From Omnitrophica WOR_2 bacterium GWF2_43_52 (GTDB taxonomy: Bacteria; Omnitrophota; Gorgyraeia; Gygaellales; UBA12090), in the NCBI GenBank assembly GCA_001805445.1, contig MHGF01000022.1:10613-74612 (forward strand): 64,000 nucleotides of DNA. The letters are read 5' to 3'. The translations under genes and the position numbers were made by a program. Below the pieces are notes generated by a model. It did no database searches and had not been told where the DNA came from. It was given only the letters and a program-made list of their open reading frames with translations. Shown here piece by piece: positions 51,775 through 61,140 of this stretch (position 1 is the first letter of the stretch; every line of letters begins with the position of its first letter).

Positions 51775-52173
51775 TCATCTTTTCTCAATTAATTCTTCCA
51801 ATTTAACTATAATCTCATCTAATTTGTCTTTAATGCTATCCCCAAAAGAACTGCCGTCTAAAGAACTTAGATCTTCCTTTATGGAACTCACATCGCTCTC
51901 AAGCGAACTTAAATCATTCAACTTTGCGTCTACCGAACTTAAATGGCTCTCAATATCTAATAAATCTGTTCTATCACTCTCGAGCGACTTTAAATTGCTT
52001 AATTTTGCGTCTATTGAACTTAAATGGCGTTCAATGTTAGATAAATCTGTTCTATCCAATGAACTGATTAACTTGTACGAAATTGAGCTTACATCACTTT
52101 CAATTGAACTTAAACACATTTTAAACCAAACCAGAAAAATAATAAGTAAAACAAAACATATATACACTACCAT
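51775..52173 (-). CDS. Membrane-anchored coiled-coil protein with 27-aa tandem repeats
   Basis: SD AAGGAGG, TM MVVYICF..., DRTDL...SLES twice. Confidence 0.65.
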   Translation of the reverse strand: MVVYICFVLLIIFLVWFKMCLSSIESDVSSISYKLISSLDRTDLSNIERHLSSIDAKLSNLKSLESDRTDLLDIESHLSSVDAKLNDLSSLESDVSSIKEDLSSLDGSSFGDSIKDKLDEIIVKLEELIEKR

Positions 52174-52231
52174 TCCTTGCCCTCCTTTTCGGATATATTC
52201 ACGATTAGGGCAATAACTTTCATTGCCATTA

Positions 52232-52390
52232 AGCGCGGGTGGCAAGGTTGTGTTTGAGTAGGGCGTACGGAAATTTTTGCAGCTTGGCCGCCGAGCGACA
52301 GCGAGGCGTGCAAAAATTTACGCCGAGTGAGGCTTACCGCAGGAGTAAGCCGAACGTCCCTGCGAAAACATAACCTTGACAGGACCCGCG
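52232..52390 (+). mobile_element. 160-bp structured dispersed repeat (MITE-like), copy 1
   Basis: Near-identical to 57781-57940; CGCGGG/CCCGCG termini. Confidence 0.75.
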
Positions 52391-53392
52391 TCACTTTATC
52401 CTCACCTGTTTAAACAGCTCAAACAAACGGCTAAAAGGCACATACCAGCGGGAAAGTTTACCCATCTCTCCCTTTAATTTCATCTTCCCCTGCATCACCG
52501 CCACAAAGGGGTCAAGTTTGCCTAAGAATACCAACTGCCAAACATCGGTGGGTGCGCTAATCACAAAGGGCGCGTTATTATCGGCGTCTAGCTTCGTTAT
52601 CTTTCCCTTCTCAAAAGTAAATTTAAAATCCTTGGCATGGCCATCCAAGGTAATCGCAAGCTGCAAAGTCAAATCCAGCTCCCCGCCTTTTTTAGCAATC
52701 AATTCATCTTTATTCACCAAATCCACAATCGCCTGGATATGCTCTTTAGAAAACATCACATACGCATTATCTTGGCTCAAGTTTTCCTTAAGTGCTTTAT
52801 CCAAATCATCCAAAATCTCTTTTTTAAATAATCGGGCAACTGCCGCCACCTTTACCGCCTCCTCTAAGGTTTCAATCATATACAGGCAATCGCTGAATTT
52901 ATCGGCCACCGAAACTACGCCATGGTTCTTGGCTATCACCAAATTGCTGGCCTTTAAAGCATCGATGATTAACTCTGGCCTGGTAATAGCTGGAGTATCT
53001 TGCTCTACCACAGGAATAGTTCCCAAATAAAGCTTACTCTCAAAAGTTAAGGTTTTTAATTCCGAGCACACCGCGAAATAGGCGTTAATAAGACTAGGGT
53101 GGCAATGGATAATGGTTTTATGCGGGAAATTCTCATAGACCAAACGGTGCAGAGGAAATTCGGTAGTCAGGAGCTTATTCTTTAAATCTTCTTCGCTCTT
53201 TAAGTCAATTTTGATAATATCATCGGAAGTTAAACTCCCCAAACTTGTGCCGGTTGCGGTAACCAAGATATTATTTTCATCAAGCCTCGCGCTTAAATTC
53301 CCAGAACGCCCCACCACAAGGCGTAAATCATATAATTTCCTCCCGATAGTGATAATATCATCCCGTAACGATTTTTCTTTTCCAAATATCAT
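52391..53392 (-). CDS. Class II aldolase fused to an SCP2 lipid-binding domain
   Basis: GNLSAR, E.PLH, HCH, NHG; C-terminal GKLDP..A.MQGKMKLKG. Confidence 0.85.
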   Translation of the reverse strand: MIFGKEKSLRDDIITIGRKLYDLRLVVGRSGNLSARLDENNILVTATGTSLGSLTSDDIIKIDLKSEEDLKNKLLTTEFPLHRLVYENFPHKTIIHCHPSLINAYFAVCSELKTLTFESKLYLGTIPVVEQDTPAITRPELIIDALKASNLVIAKNHGVVSVADKFSDCLYMIETLEEAVKVAAVARLFKKEILDDLDKALKENLSQDNAYVMFSKEHIQAIVDLVNKDELIAKKGGELDLTLQLAITLDGHAKDFKFTFEKGKITKLDADNNAPFVISAPTDVWQLVFLGKLDPFVAVMQGKMKLKGEMGKLSRWYVPFSRLFELFKQVRIK

Positions 53393-53487
53393 CGCACAAA
53401 TCCGTAATCTCAATGCCAGGCACTTTCCGTTATAACGGAATCCCGCCTAAGGCGGGAAAAAGGCGTTTTAGTGCCAGACGTTGAACT

Positions 53488-54426
53488 TCATCTTGCAATC
53501 CTAAGATGAAAGTGTTGGGTAATTAAATTGCTGGGAGTTATATCAAAAGCCGGATAAAAGCCCTTTACCCCGTATGGCGCAAGGCGTATGCCTTGATATT
53601 CCAACAGTTCTTTGTCCGGACGGATTTCAACCTTAATATCTTTTCCAGTTTTGGCGCTTGAGGCGGGCGGACAAAGAACGTAAAAAGGTATCTTAAAATG
53701 TTGCGCTACAAGGGCAATCTGGTAAGTGCCGATTTTATTGGCGATATCGCCATTCTGCGCTAATTGATCAGCGCCAACTATTACCTTCGTAATTTTCCCC
53801 TGGCTCATAATACTGGCTACCATCCCATCTGTCATTATGGTAACCGGAAAACCGGCTAAATTTAACTCCCACGCGGTTAAACGGCTGCCTTGCAGATAGG
53901 GCCTAGTTTCGGTAACAAAAAACTCAATGTGTTTACCTTGGCTACGGCAAAACTCAGCAATCAAGGCAAGTTCACCACTAACATTACAATGGGTAAGAAT
54001 AATATCTTTATCTTGAATAATTTCTGCTACTTCCTGCGCACGCTGAATACGCTTTTCTTTAAGAACCTCAAGAAATCCGTTAATCTTTCTTTCGACATCA
54101 CCGGTCTTTGCCCAACCCAAAACCATATCGGTTAAAAATTTAAACGGCAAAGTAGGGCGAGTGGCATTAATAACTCTAGCTACTTTTTCAAAAAGCGGCT
54201 GTATATTCTTCTTATCTTTATTCTGTTTTAATACTAACAAAAATATACAAAACACCAAAAGCACCTGTCCAAAAGCCCGGGTCTTCATATCTTTGATAGC
54301 CTTTGCCGCCTCCTGATACGTCTTTGCCTTTACATACGCAAGCTTTTGCGGTAGAAGAGTTTCATCAAGGATAAAAAGCGTGTTGCCTTTAAGTTGTATC
54401 GGCCAAAAAAGTGGTGAGAATTTCAT
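53488..54426 (-). CDS. mtnA: MtnA-like (methylthio/deoxy)ribose-1-phosphate isomerase
   Basis: TRPT, LTHCN, ETRPYLQGSRLTAWEL, ANKIGTY, PAFDITP. Confidence 0.85.
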   Translation of the reverse strand: MKFSPLFWPIQLKGNTLFILDETLLPQKLAYVKAKTYQEAAKAIKDMKTRAFGQVLLVFCIFLLVLKQNKDKKNIQPLFEKVARVINATRPTLPFKFLTDMVLGWAKTGDVERKINGFLEVLKEKRIQRAQEVAEIIQDKDIILTHCNVSGELALIAEFCRSQGKHIEFFVTETRPYLQGSRLTAWELNLAGFPVTIMTDGMVASIMSQGKITKVIVGADQLAQNGDIANKIGTYQIALVAQHFKIPFYVLCPPASSAKTGKDIKVEIRPDKELLEYQGIRLAPYGVKGFYPAFDITPSNLITQHFHLRIAR

Positions 54427-54434
54427 ATTCGTTT

Positions 54435-55184
54435 TTATATTCCCTCTAACCTCTTCACTGTTTCAAGGGCAATCTCAATTAACTTACTTTCCGCCATATA
54501 ATAGAGCGGATTCATAAAGCCCATTTCACCGGTAATCACATTATCGCTTACCGCCAGAATTGAGCCGGCCTTTACATTGTAGGTCTGGGCAATAGTTAAC
54601 AATGTCGAGGAAACCATATCCACGGCAATCGCCCCCTCTTTGCGCTTTGCTTCAACAAGTTCCCTGGTTTCTCTTAAGAGCGCGTCGGTAGTCCAGACAC
54701 AGCCGCGGTGCACCGTTACTCCTAAATCCTTGGCTGCCTTCTCCAAAGTATCACTGATCTTTTTATCAGCTACGGTCTCAAAATCTTTATCCACATAATA
54801 CGGAGTAACCCCATCACCGCGGATTATCTTATCCGCCACCACCAAATCACCGACTTTTATCTTTTCATCCATTGCCCCGCAGGTGCCGATACGGATGATA
54901 TTTGATATCTGGGCATTGCACATTACCTCAGTAGTAATTGAGGTATCGGTAGAAAACCTGCCGCCGTTTATCGCGGTAACCTTAATTCCGCTATAAGTTC
55001 CGGTATACATCGTATATTCCATAAAGGAAAAATTCCGCACTGGGCTTTCTATCTTTTTAATCAGGACATCAAGCCTGTCTTTTGGCCCGGGGACTATCGC
55101 GTATTTACCCACATCCTGCGGCCTTAACTGTACCATTTCGGTTAAATCTTTTCCTGTTAGGTGAACCTCTTTTTGCATTTGCAT
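54435..55184 (-). CDS. Nucleoside phosphorylase (PNP/UDP family)
   Basis: VPG, IIRIGTCG, WTTDA..RET, AVDM, VSD. Confidence 0.88.
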   Translation of the reverse strand: MQMQKEVHLTGKDLTEMVQLRPQDVGKYAIVPGPKDRLDVLIKKIESPVRNFSFMEYTMYTGTYSGIKVTAINGGRFSTDTSITTEVMCNAQISNIIRIGTCGAMDEKIKVGDLVVADKIIRGDGVTPYYVDKDFETVADKKISDTLEKAAKDLGVTVHRGCVWTTDALLRETRELVEAKRKEGAIAVDMVSSTLLTIAQTYNVKAGSILAVSDNVITGEMGFMNPLYYMAESKLIEIALETVKRLEGI

Positions 55185-55200
55185 CTCTTTTTCTCCTCAA

Positions 55201-55470
55201 TGAGCACTTGACTTATGGAGTCCGAAGGACGAACATAAGTCAATGTGCGAATTGATCCCGCCGAGTGTGGGAAAATTATCCGCGGGATAGCCCTTCTTGT
55301 ACCAATTTAAGGAGAGGGTTTATCGAAGAGAATTTTCCCACATCTTACGAGGCGGGATGTTTAATGACAATATGCCTTACGGAACGAGCGAAGAGAGTGA
55401 ACGTAAGTCACTGCGCGAATTAACTCCGCCGAGCCCCAGCCTCTGGCGGGGTGTTGGCGAGACGGAGTAA
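55201..55470 (+). repeat. Multi-hairpin intergenic element with GAG/GAA-interrupted stems
   Basis: TTGACTTATG/CATAAGTCAA, ATCCCGCC/GGCGGGAT, TGTGGGAAAATT/AATTTTCCCACA, ACTCCG/CGGAGT. Confidence 0.65.
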
Positions 55471-55486
55471 TCATTCTCTCTCTTTA

Positions 55487-56413
55487 TTAAACTGTTAGCT
55501 GTAAATCAATTATATTCTCCAAATTCTTACCTAAAATCTTTTCCTTTTGCTCTTTGTCAATATCCAATTCTTTAATTACCTGAATCGAACCAAGGACATC
55601 TTTATTTGCCGGATAATCCGAACCCCATAATAAATGTTCAGCTCCAAATGTATCCAGAGCCATTTTCAAGATATTCTTTGATTTCACCGCGCTGGTATCG
55701 CAGTAAATATTCTTAAAAATATCAGAGGGGAATTTCCCTAAGTCCTTCACGATATTTCTCATCCGTAACATCGTATACACGGTGTCAAACCTGTCTTTTA
55801 AAAATGGCAGCACCCCTCCAAAATGGGCAAAGACAAATTTTAAGGAAGGGAAATTGGTAAAAATACCGGACATCATCATCTTAGAAACGCACATGGTCAT
55901 ATCAAAGACATATTCAATGACTGGGGTAAGCAATGGGTCATTGACTCTTTCAAACCCGATAGGGTTAATCGTCTGGGTATGCACAAAAAGGGGAATCTTT
56001 TCTGCCTGTGCTTCTTCATATAAGGGATAAAACCTCCTATCATCAAGATACACACCGTTATAGCTTGAGGCAAGCGAAATACCCTGTAAGCCCAATTCCT
56101 TACGGCAACGTTTAAACTCATACAACATTTTCTCTTTACTCTGGACAGGGATAATCCCTAAACCGATAAATTTATGCGGGTATTTACGAATAACCTTGGA
56201 CAAACCATCATTATAGAGTTTACAGGCTTTTTCCTCATCGCTTAATTTAATATGGGCATCAGTAGTAGGATAATGTAATATTGCTTTCTCAACCACAGCC
56301 TCATCCATCCCCTTTAACTGAGCCTCTATATCAGCCCAGCTTGGATTATAAAAAGAGGCAACCTTCAAAATATCCTCCGGCAAATAATGGCTATGCGCGT
56401 CGATGATTTTCAT
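55487..56413 (-). CDS. Amidohydrolase_2 family (decarboxylase/hydratase-like)
   Basis: IDAHSH, FVH, AHFGG.LP, WGSDYP. Confidence 0.9.
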   Translation of the reverse strand: MKIIDAHSHYLPEDILKVASFYNPSWADIEAQLKGMDEAVVEKAILHYPTTDAHIKLSDEEKACKLYNDGLSKVIRKYPHKFIGLGIIPVQSKEKMLYEFKRCRKELGLQGISLASSYNGVYLDDRRFYPLYEEAQAEKIPLFVHTQTINPIGFERVNDPLLTPVIEYVFDMTMCVSKMMMSGIFTNFPSLKFVFAHFGGVLPFLKDRFDTVYTMLRMRNIVKDLGKFPSDIFKNIYCDTSAVKSKNILKMALDTFGAEHLLWGSDYPANKDVLGSIQVIKELDIDKEQKEKILGKNLENIIDLQLTV

Positions 56414-56421
56414 TGTTTAAT

Positions 56422-56524
56422 ACTACGAATTTACGCGAATTTATGCCTGCTTAGCAAGCAGGCTCATCAAATTGACACGAATATTCGTGTTAATTCGGCT
56501 CTTGATTCGCGGGAATTCGTGTTA
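56422..56524. repeat. CACGAAT-type foldback with embedded GCCTGCTT/GCAGGC palindrome
   Basis: ACGAAT units then ATTCG units; overlaps the hydrolase 3' end. Confidence 0.65.
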
Positions 56525-57317
56525 TAAAATCTGTTATTTTTTCCCTTAAAATATCTTCCGATTCAAAAAAATTGCTATTATGAGCGCCGCGAATCTCTAA
56601 GAATTCTTTTGGTGTCGCCGCTTCATCATAAAGCTTCCTGCCCAAACGAAAAGGCACAATCTCGTCATTACTGCTATGGATTATTAACTTTGGAATTCCT
56701 ATAGTTTTAATCTTCTGTACCGAATCAAACCTGCTGGCAAATACCCAATGCGGCAGGAACGGATAGAGAAACTTTATCATATCCTTTGCAGAAGTAAAAG
56801 AACTATCAATAATAAGCGCGGCCATTCTCTTCTTTACTGCTCCATCAATGATAACCGCTCCTCCGAGGGATTCTCCATAACCAATTATATTCTCTGGCGC
56901 TATCCCGCGAGAAATTAAATACTCATACGCCGCCGCTATATCAAGGTAAAAACCTTTTTCTGAAGGCCTTCCCTGGCTCCTTCCATAGCCACGATAATCA
57001 AAGATAAATACATTACAGCCAAGCTTACTAAAAAACTTTAATTTCTCAATCCTATGGCTGATATTGCCGGCATTCCCGTGGGCAAAAAGGACGGTATATT
57101 TCGCGGCCGGCCCAACAATAAGCCATCCGTTAAGTGTAGTGCCGTCAGAACTCCGCACGTTGACATCCGTATAAGGCATCCCAAGGTCATCAGGCTTACC
57201 GGCAATCTCTTTTTCCGGATAAAAAAGGCTTCGTTTCTCGATAAAACGTAAATAAAGAACAAATGCTACAATTGTTACGAGCGCTAAAAACGCGTGAGCT
57301 GATAATCGCGAAGCCAT
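56490..57317 (-). CDS. Alpha/beta hydrolase
   Basis: HGNAG, DYRGYG, GESLGG, DEIVP, HN. Confidence 0.92.
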   Translation of the reverse strand: MASRLSAHAFLALVTIVAFVLYLRFIEKRSLFYPEKEIAGKPDDLGMPYTDVNVRSSDGTTLNGWLIVGPAAKYTVLFAHGNAGNISHRIEKLKFFSKLGCNVFIFDYRGYGRSQGRPSEKGFYLDIAAAYEYLISRGIAPENIIGYGESLGGAVIIDGAVKKRMAALIIDSSFTSAKDMIKFLYPFLPHWVFASRFDSVQKIKTIGIPKLIIHSSNDEIVPFRLGRKLYDEAATPKEFLEIRGAHNSNFFESEDILREKITDFITRIPANQEPN

Positions 57318-57321
57318 CAGT

Positions 57322-57753
57322 TTAAGTATGCGTTTGTTTTTCTTCTAAGATTCTTTTTATCATCTCTTCGTGATAAGCTGCCTTGATTTTTGTTAGCCCT
57401 TCCTGTCCGGCATCTTTTACAATTGCCTTTTCTATGGCATTAAGCTTTACGTCTAAAAAGATAAATTCAGGGTCAATTTTTTTGCCTTTATATTTTAACT
57501 GCAGACAGGCTTTTTCTTTTTCGACAATATACGACCTAAATTCATTAACTAATTTCTCTAAAGGCTTTTTCTCCTGTGGCATATAGGAACCTTTGAGTTC
57601 TTTTTCCATCTCTTTTAAAATAAACTCATCAATCTCTAGTTGAGTGAATTTGCGTTCATAGCGGTCAAAGGCTTCTTTGGTAGTCTTATAAAGCCATGTC
57701 AAATAACGAATTCTTAGATTCTTCTCGTCTTTTTTATCCACTCCCCCCTCCAT
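57322..57753 (-). CDS. Hypothetical helical protein
   Basis: 143-aa ORF in operon orientation. Confidence 0.65.
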   Translation of the reverse strand: MEGGVDKKDEKNLRIRYLTWLYKTTKEAFDRYERKFTQLEIDEFILKEMEKELKGSYMPQEKKPLEKLVNEFRSYIVEKEKACLQLKYKGKKIDPEFIFLDVKLNAIEKAIVKDAGQEGLTKIKAAYHEEMIKRILEEKQTHT

Positions 57754-57780
57754 TTATAATTTACTAATGTTGCGCATGCT

Positions 57781-57940
57781 AGCGCGGGCGGCGAGGTTGT
57801 GTTTGAGCAGGGCGTACGGAAATTTTTGCAGCTTGGCCGCCGAGCGGTAAGCGAGGCGTGCAAAAATTTACGCCGAGTGAGGCTTGCCGCAGGAGCGAGC
57901 CGAACGTCCCTGCGAAAACATAACCTTGACAGGACCCGCG
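57781..57940 (+). mobile_element. 160-bp structured dispersed repeat, copy 2
   Basis: Near-identical to 52232-52390. Confidence 0.75.
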
Positions 57941-57942
57941 CC

Positions 57943-58716
57943 CTATTTCCCGGGGTGTTCCTGCTTAAACGGTATCACCGGAGCAGTCCAGGGAGTCTGT
58001 TGATTTATCACTGCGATCTCCAGAGGACAAACATTTGCCGGAACCGTCAACGCGAACTTAACTGCGTTCTCAATCGCCTCAGTACTCATAAGGCGCGAGG
58101 TATTGGCGGTAATATCCTTAAGTTTTCCGGTTAAGTCCGTATCGGTTACTCCCGGCAAAATAGAAGTTACCTTAATCCCATGGTCACGCATCTCCCAGAA
58201 TAACCCCTTACAAAATGCGCGCAGGCCTACTTTCAGAGAACTGTATACCACAAAATTTCTAGGAACAGGGTCACACAAGGTTGAGCCTGAAACCATATTG
58301 ATGATTGCACCTGCTTTATTTTTTATCATATCATTTATCACTAAGCGAATCAAACGCACATAACCTAAATAATTGGTAAAAGCCAATTTCTCAAAATCCT
58401 CAATAGGTTGCTTCTCAAAAGGCGACTGGCTTGATACCCCCGCATTATTAATAAGAATATCTGTCGTACCAAATTTCTCTTTGGTTTTATTAACTAAATT
58501 CTCTAAATCGGCTAATTGCGTTACATCGCAGCCTATCGGGAGAACGTCAACCTTATATTTTTTGCGAATTTCATCCGCCGTTTCCTTAAGCGGGCCTTCT
58601 CCACGGGCGGCGAGTGCCAGATTAATCCCTAAACTTGCGGCGGTACAGGCCAAGGCCTTGCCAATTCCCCTGCTGGCCCCGGTCACAATCGCGGTTTTTC
58701 CTTTTAAGTCGGACAT
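57943..58716 (-). CDS. SDR oxidoreductase (possible ketoreductase)
   Basis: TGASRGIG, NNAG, YSSLK. Confidence 0.92.
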   Translation of the reverse strand: MSDLKGKTAIVTGASRGIGKALACTAASLGINLALAARGEGPLKETADEIRKKYKVDVLPIGCDVTQLADLENLVNKTKEKFGTTDILINNAGVSSQSPFEKQPIEDFEKLAFTNYLGYVRLIRLVINDMIKNKAGAIINMVSGSTLCDPVPRNFVVYSSLKVGLRAFCKGLFWEMRDHGIKVTSILPGVTDTDLTGKLKDITANTSRLMSTEAIENAVKFALTVPANVCPLEIAVINQQTPWTAPVIPFKQEHPGK

Positions 58717-58786
58717 CTTAAACCTCCCATAAATTACAGGTCAACAGCCGATGGTCTATAGACTATGGACCATTGACTATCGGCCT

Positions 58787-59938
58787 TTATCTATTTTCTC
58801 GTAGAATCTTATTTGACGCAATCGCTAAAATTAAAATAATTACCCCTAACCCCAAGAAGCTTAAACCAAAACTCTGCTGCATAAAAATCCCGGCTACGCC
58901 TACGCCCAATCCCCCGCTGGCAAAACGTACCGCGCTGTTTAGGCTGGCTAATTCCGGGCGCAATTTATCCGGAAAATCTGTCAACACGGTGGAAACCGCG
59001 TTATGGTTCATTGTCCAGGCAATGCCAAAGATAAAAAGAACTATCGCTAAATAAACGAAAGAAAACGGCTTAATTAAAAGAAACGTTGCAAGCGATAATC
59101 CTGCCAATCCCAAAGTCGCGGCAAACCCCATTCCTTTTTTATCAGTAACCCAGCCGCCAAAAGGCTGGCCGAATATTCCGCTAAAAACTACCAAGCTTAA
59201 AAGCAGGCTCACCTGCGCTTGTGTATACTGTAAAGAAGAAAAATATACGCCTAACCAATTATATATACCGTGATAAGCCAGGCTTAAAATCAGGATATAG
59301 ATAAATATCCTTACTATGCGGCGCTCTTTAATTATATGTAAATAATTTACCTCATAATCATATTCTACTTTTGATTTAAAGTCAAAGAACAGAAAAACCA
59401 ATACCGCGTTTACCAGCGCGAAAACCGCCGGTAGTATAAAAAGCATCCGCCAGGGTAAAACCGCGCTTAAAATAACGCCGGCAAACGCGGCAATAAAGGT
59501 AGCGCTGAAAAAAGCACCCACCATCCGCCCCCGGATTTCCTTAGGCGCAAGCTCACCCGTGAGAATCAACGCTATAGGCGTTGTGGCGCTGGCGGCGATT
59601 CCGGCAAAGATTCGGCTTGAAAAAAGGCCAAGGGCCGAAGTGCTTAAACCTCCGATTAAACTTGCCAAAGCAAATACCAAAAGGCAAACCGTTTTAATTG
59701 CCTTGACTGAATGCCTTTTTACCAGAGGGGCATAGATAAGCGCCGCCAGGCCATAAGGAATCATATATAATGAAATTACCCTGGCAATCTCAAAGCTGCT
59801 TCTATGCAAATCTCCGGCGATTGCCGGAATTACCGCGGCAACACAGGCGGTATTAAAGGATACGACTGCCCCCTCAAGCCATAAAAGAGCAAAAATTACC
59901 TTGGAATTAGGGACAGACACTAATTTATTTTTAACCAT
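58787..59938 (-). CDS. MFS efflux-type transporter
   Basis: 12 TM pattern, RIFAG, RGRMVG. Confidence 0.88.
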   Translation of the reverse strand: MVKNKLVSVPNSKVIFALLWLEGAVVSFNTACVAAVIPAIAGDLHRSSFEIARVISLYMIPYGLAALIYAPLVKRHSVKAIKTVCLLVFALASLIGGLSTSALGLFSSRIFAGIAASATTPIALILTGELAPKEIRGRMVGAFFSATFIAAFAGVILSAVLPWRMLFILPAVFALVNAVLVFLFFDFKSKVEYDYEVNYLHIIKERRIVRIFIYILILSLAYHGIYNWLGVYFSSLQYTQAQVSLLLSLVVFSGIFGQPFGGWVTDKKGMGFAATLGLAGLSLATFLLIKPFSFVYLAIVLFIFGIAWTMNHNAVSTVLTDFPDKLRPELASLNSAVRFASGGLGVGVAGIFMQQSFGLSFLGLGVIILILAIASNKILRENR

Positions 59939-59963
59939 ACTATTGGTGTCTGTCCCTAATTCC
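59903..59963. repeat. REPIN-like perfect 18-bp inverted repeat across a gene junction
   Basis: GGAATTAGGGACAGACAC (59903-59920) / GTGTCTGTCCCTAATTCC (59946-59963). Confidence 0.75.
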
Positions 59964-60386
59964 TTCAATTACTTCCTTAAATATCTTTAAATTATCTTGA
60001 GAATGTTTATTGATAAAACCCTCAACCTGCTCATCATTAAACTTCGCCTTCCCATCCATCTCAAAGTGTTGGATCCAGGTCATTTCTGTACCTTCAGGCT
60101 TTGGGGTATAGAGCCAGATAATCTTCATATACTTAAACGGAAACTTCGGCTCTTCTCTTTCTGAATAGGTAAAATATTTTTCTTTAAAAAGCAGCCGCCA
60201 TGACTGCCAGGATTTTCCCTCATCGTCAGTCAGGCGAAAAGTAATCTTATTATCTTCTTTCTTAACTATCTCGGCCTTTTGGTATTCGCTCCCAAATAAC
60301 TCCGTCCAGCGCGGGATGTCGTTAGAGATATCAAAGATTAACTCATACGGCGCGTTGATAATTATTGAGTTACAAGTGTGTCCCAT
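59940..60386 (-). CDS. SRPBCC polyketide aromatase/cyclase (TcmN-like)
   Basis: HT.NSI.INAP, W.ELF.SEY, TFRL, SW.S.R, PF.YM.I.W.Y, W.Q.F. Confidence 0.88.
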   Translation of the reverse strand: MGHTCNSIIINAPYELIFDISNDIPRWTELFGSEYQKAEIVKKEDNKITFRLTDDEGKSWQSWRLLFKEKYFTYSEREEPKFPFKYMKIIWLYTPKPEGTEMTWIQHFEMDGKAKFNDEQVEGFINKHSQDNLKIFKEVIEGIRDRHQ

Positions 60387-60494
60387 TAGTTCCTCCCTTC
60401 GGTCGGAAAAGATAACAGAGTACAGAGTACAGAAAAAAATAACACTATTACAAACTATCTGCCGGACAAGCTCAACAGAATCACCAAATTCTCA

Positions 60495-60833
60495 TCAACG
60501 CTCAAGGATTAAATCAATCCTGCGCTTTAGATCAGGGAGTTTATGTTGGATAACATCCCAAACAATCTCCCAGTTTACGCCAAAATAGAAATGAATAATC
60601 TTATCCCTCATTCCCGCGATCTTTTTCCATTCAACTTCAGCATGCTTCTTCTTAAATTCGCCGGGAATATTCTTTGCTGCCTCTCCGATAATCTCCGGAT
60701 TTCTAATTATCGCATCTTGAATCATAGAATTTTTCAATAGTCCTTGAAAAGAAACGCCTTTTGTGTAATTGTCTATTCGTTTTATAGACTCTAAAATATC
60801 ATAAAGGAATTCCTCTGTTCTCCTCTTAGACAT
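60495..60833 (-). CDS. HepT-like (DUF86) HEPN toxin
   Basis: [18 protein letters not shown] (RxxxxHxY). Confidence 0.92.
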   Translation of the reverse strand: MSKRRTEEFLYDILESIKRIDNYTKGVSFQGLLKNSMIQDAIIRNPEIIGEAAKNIPGEFKKKHAEVEWKKIAGMRDKIIHFYFGVNWEIVWDVIQHKLPDLKRRIDLILER

Positions 60834-61137
60834 AGATTAAACTCCTCTTAATTTCCTCGGCTACTTGCTTTATCCTTATGCTTTTTACTCCACAAGGAGT
60901 CAAAATGTCTACCTTCCTTTTAAACAAATTTTCCAGATAATCCACCAAATCAATATAATTATCAAAAGATGGTTTTTTAAACTCTACTACCAGGTCTATA
61001 TCACTCTTCTTGGTCTCGGTTCCTCTGGCAAAAGAACCAAATACCCCCACCTTCTTAACCCCATACTTCTTTAAGACATCCCAATGCACTCTTAGCAGCT
61101 TCAGTATTTTCTTGTCCGCAAGATTGACTGTTTTCAT
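60826..61137 (-). CDS. MntA-like minimal nucleotidyltransferase antitoxin
   Basis: FGSFARG...SDIDL, KVD. Confidence 0.92.
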   Translation of the reverse strand: MKTVNLADKKILKLLRVHWDVLKKYGVKKVGVFGSFARGTETKKSDIDLVVEFKKPSFDNYIDLVDYLENLFKRKVDILTPCGVKSIRIKQVAEEIKRSLIYV

Positions 61138-61140
61138 ATT

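Noticed and set aside
57799-58134. ORFs reading through structured repeats (also 52167-52394, 41378-41563, 8982-9254)
   Set aside because: By-products of GC-rich repeats or antisense overlap with real genes.
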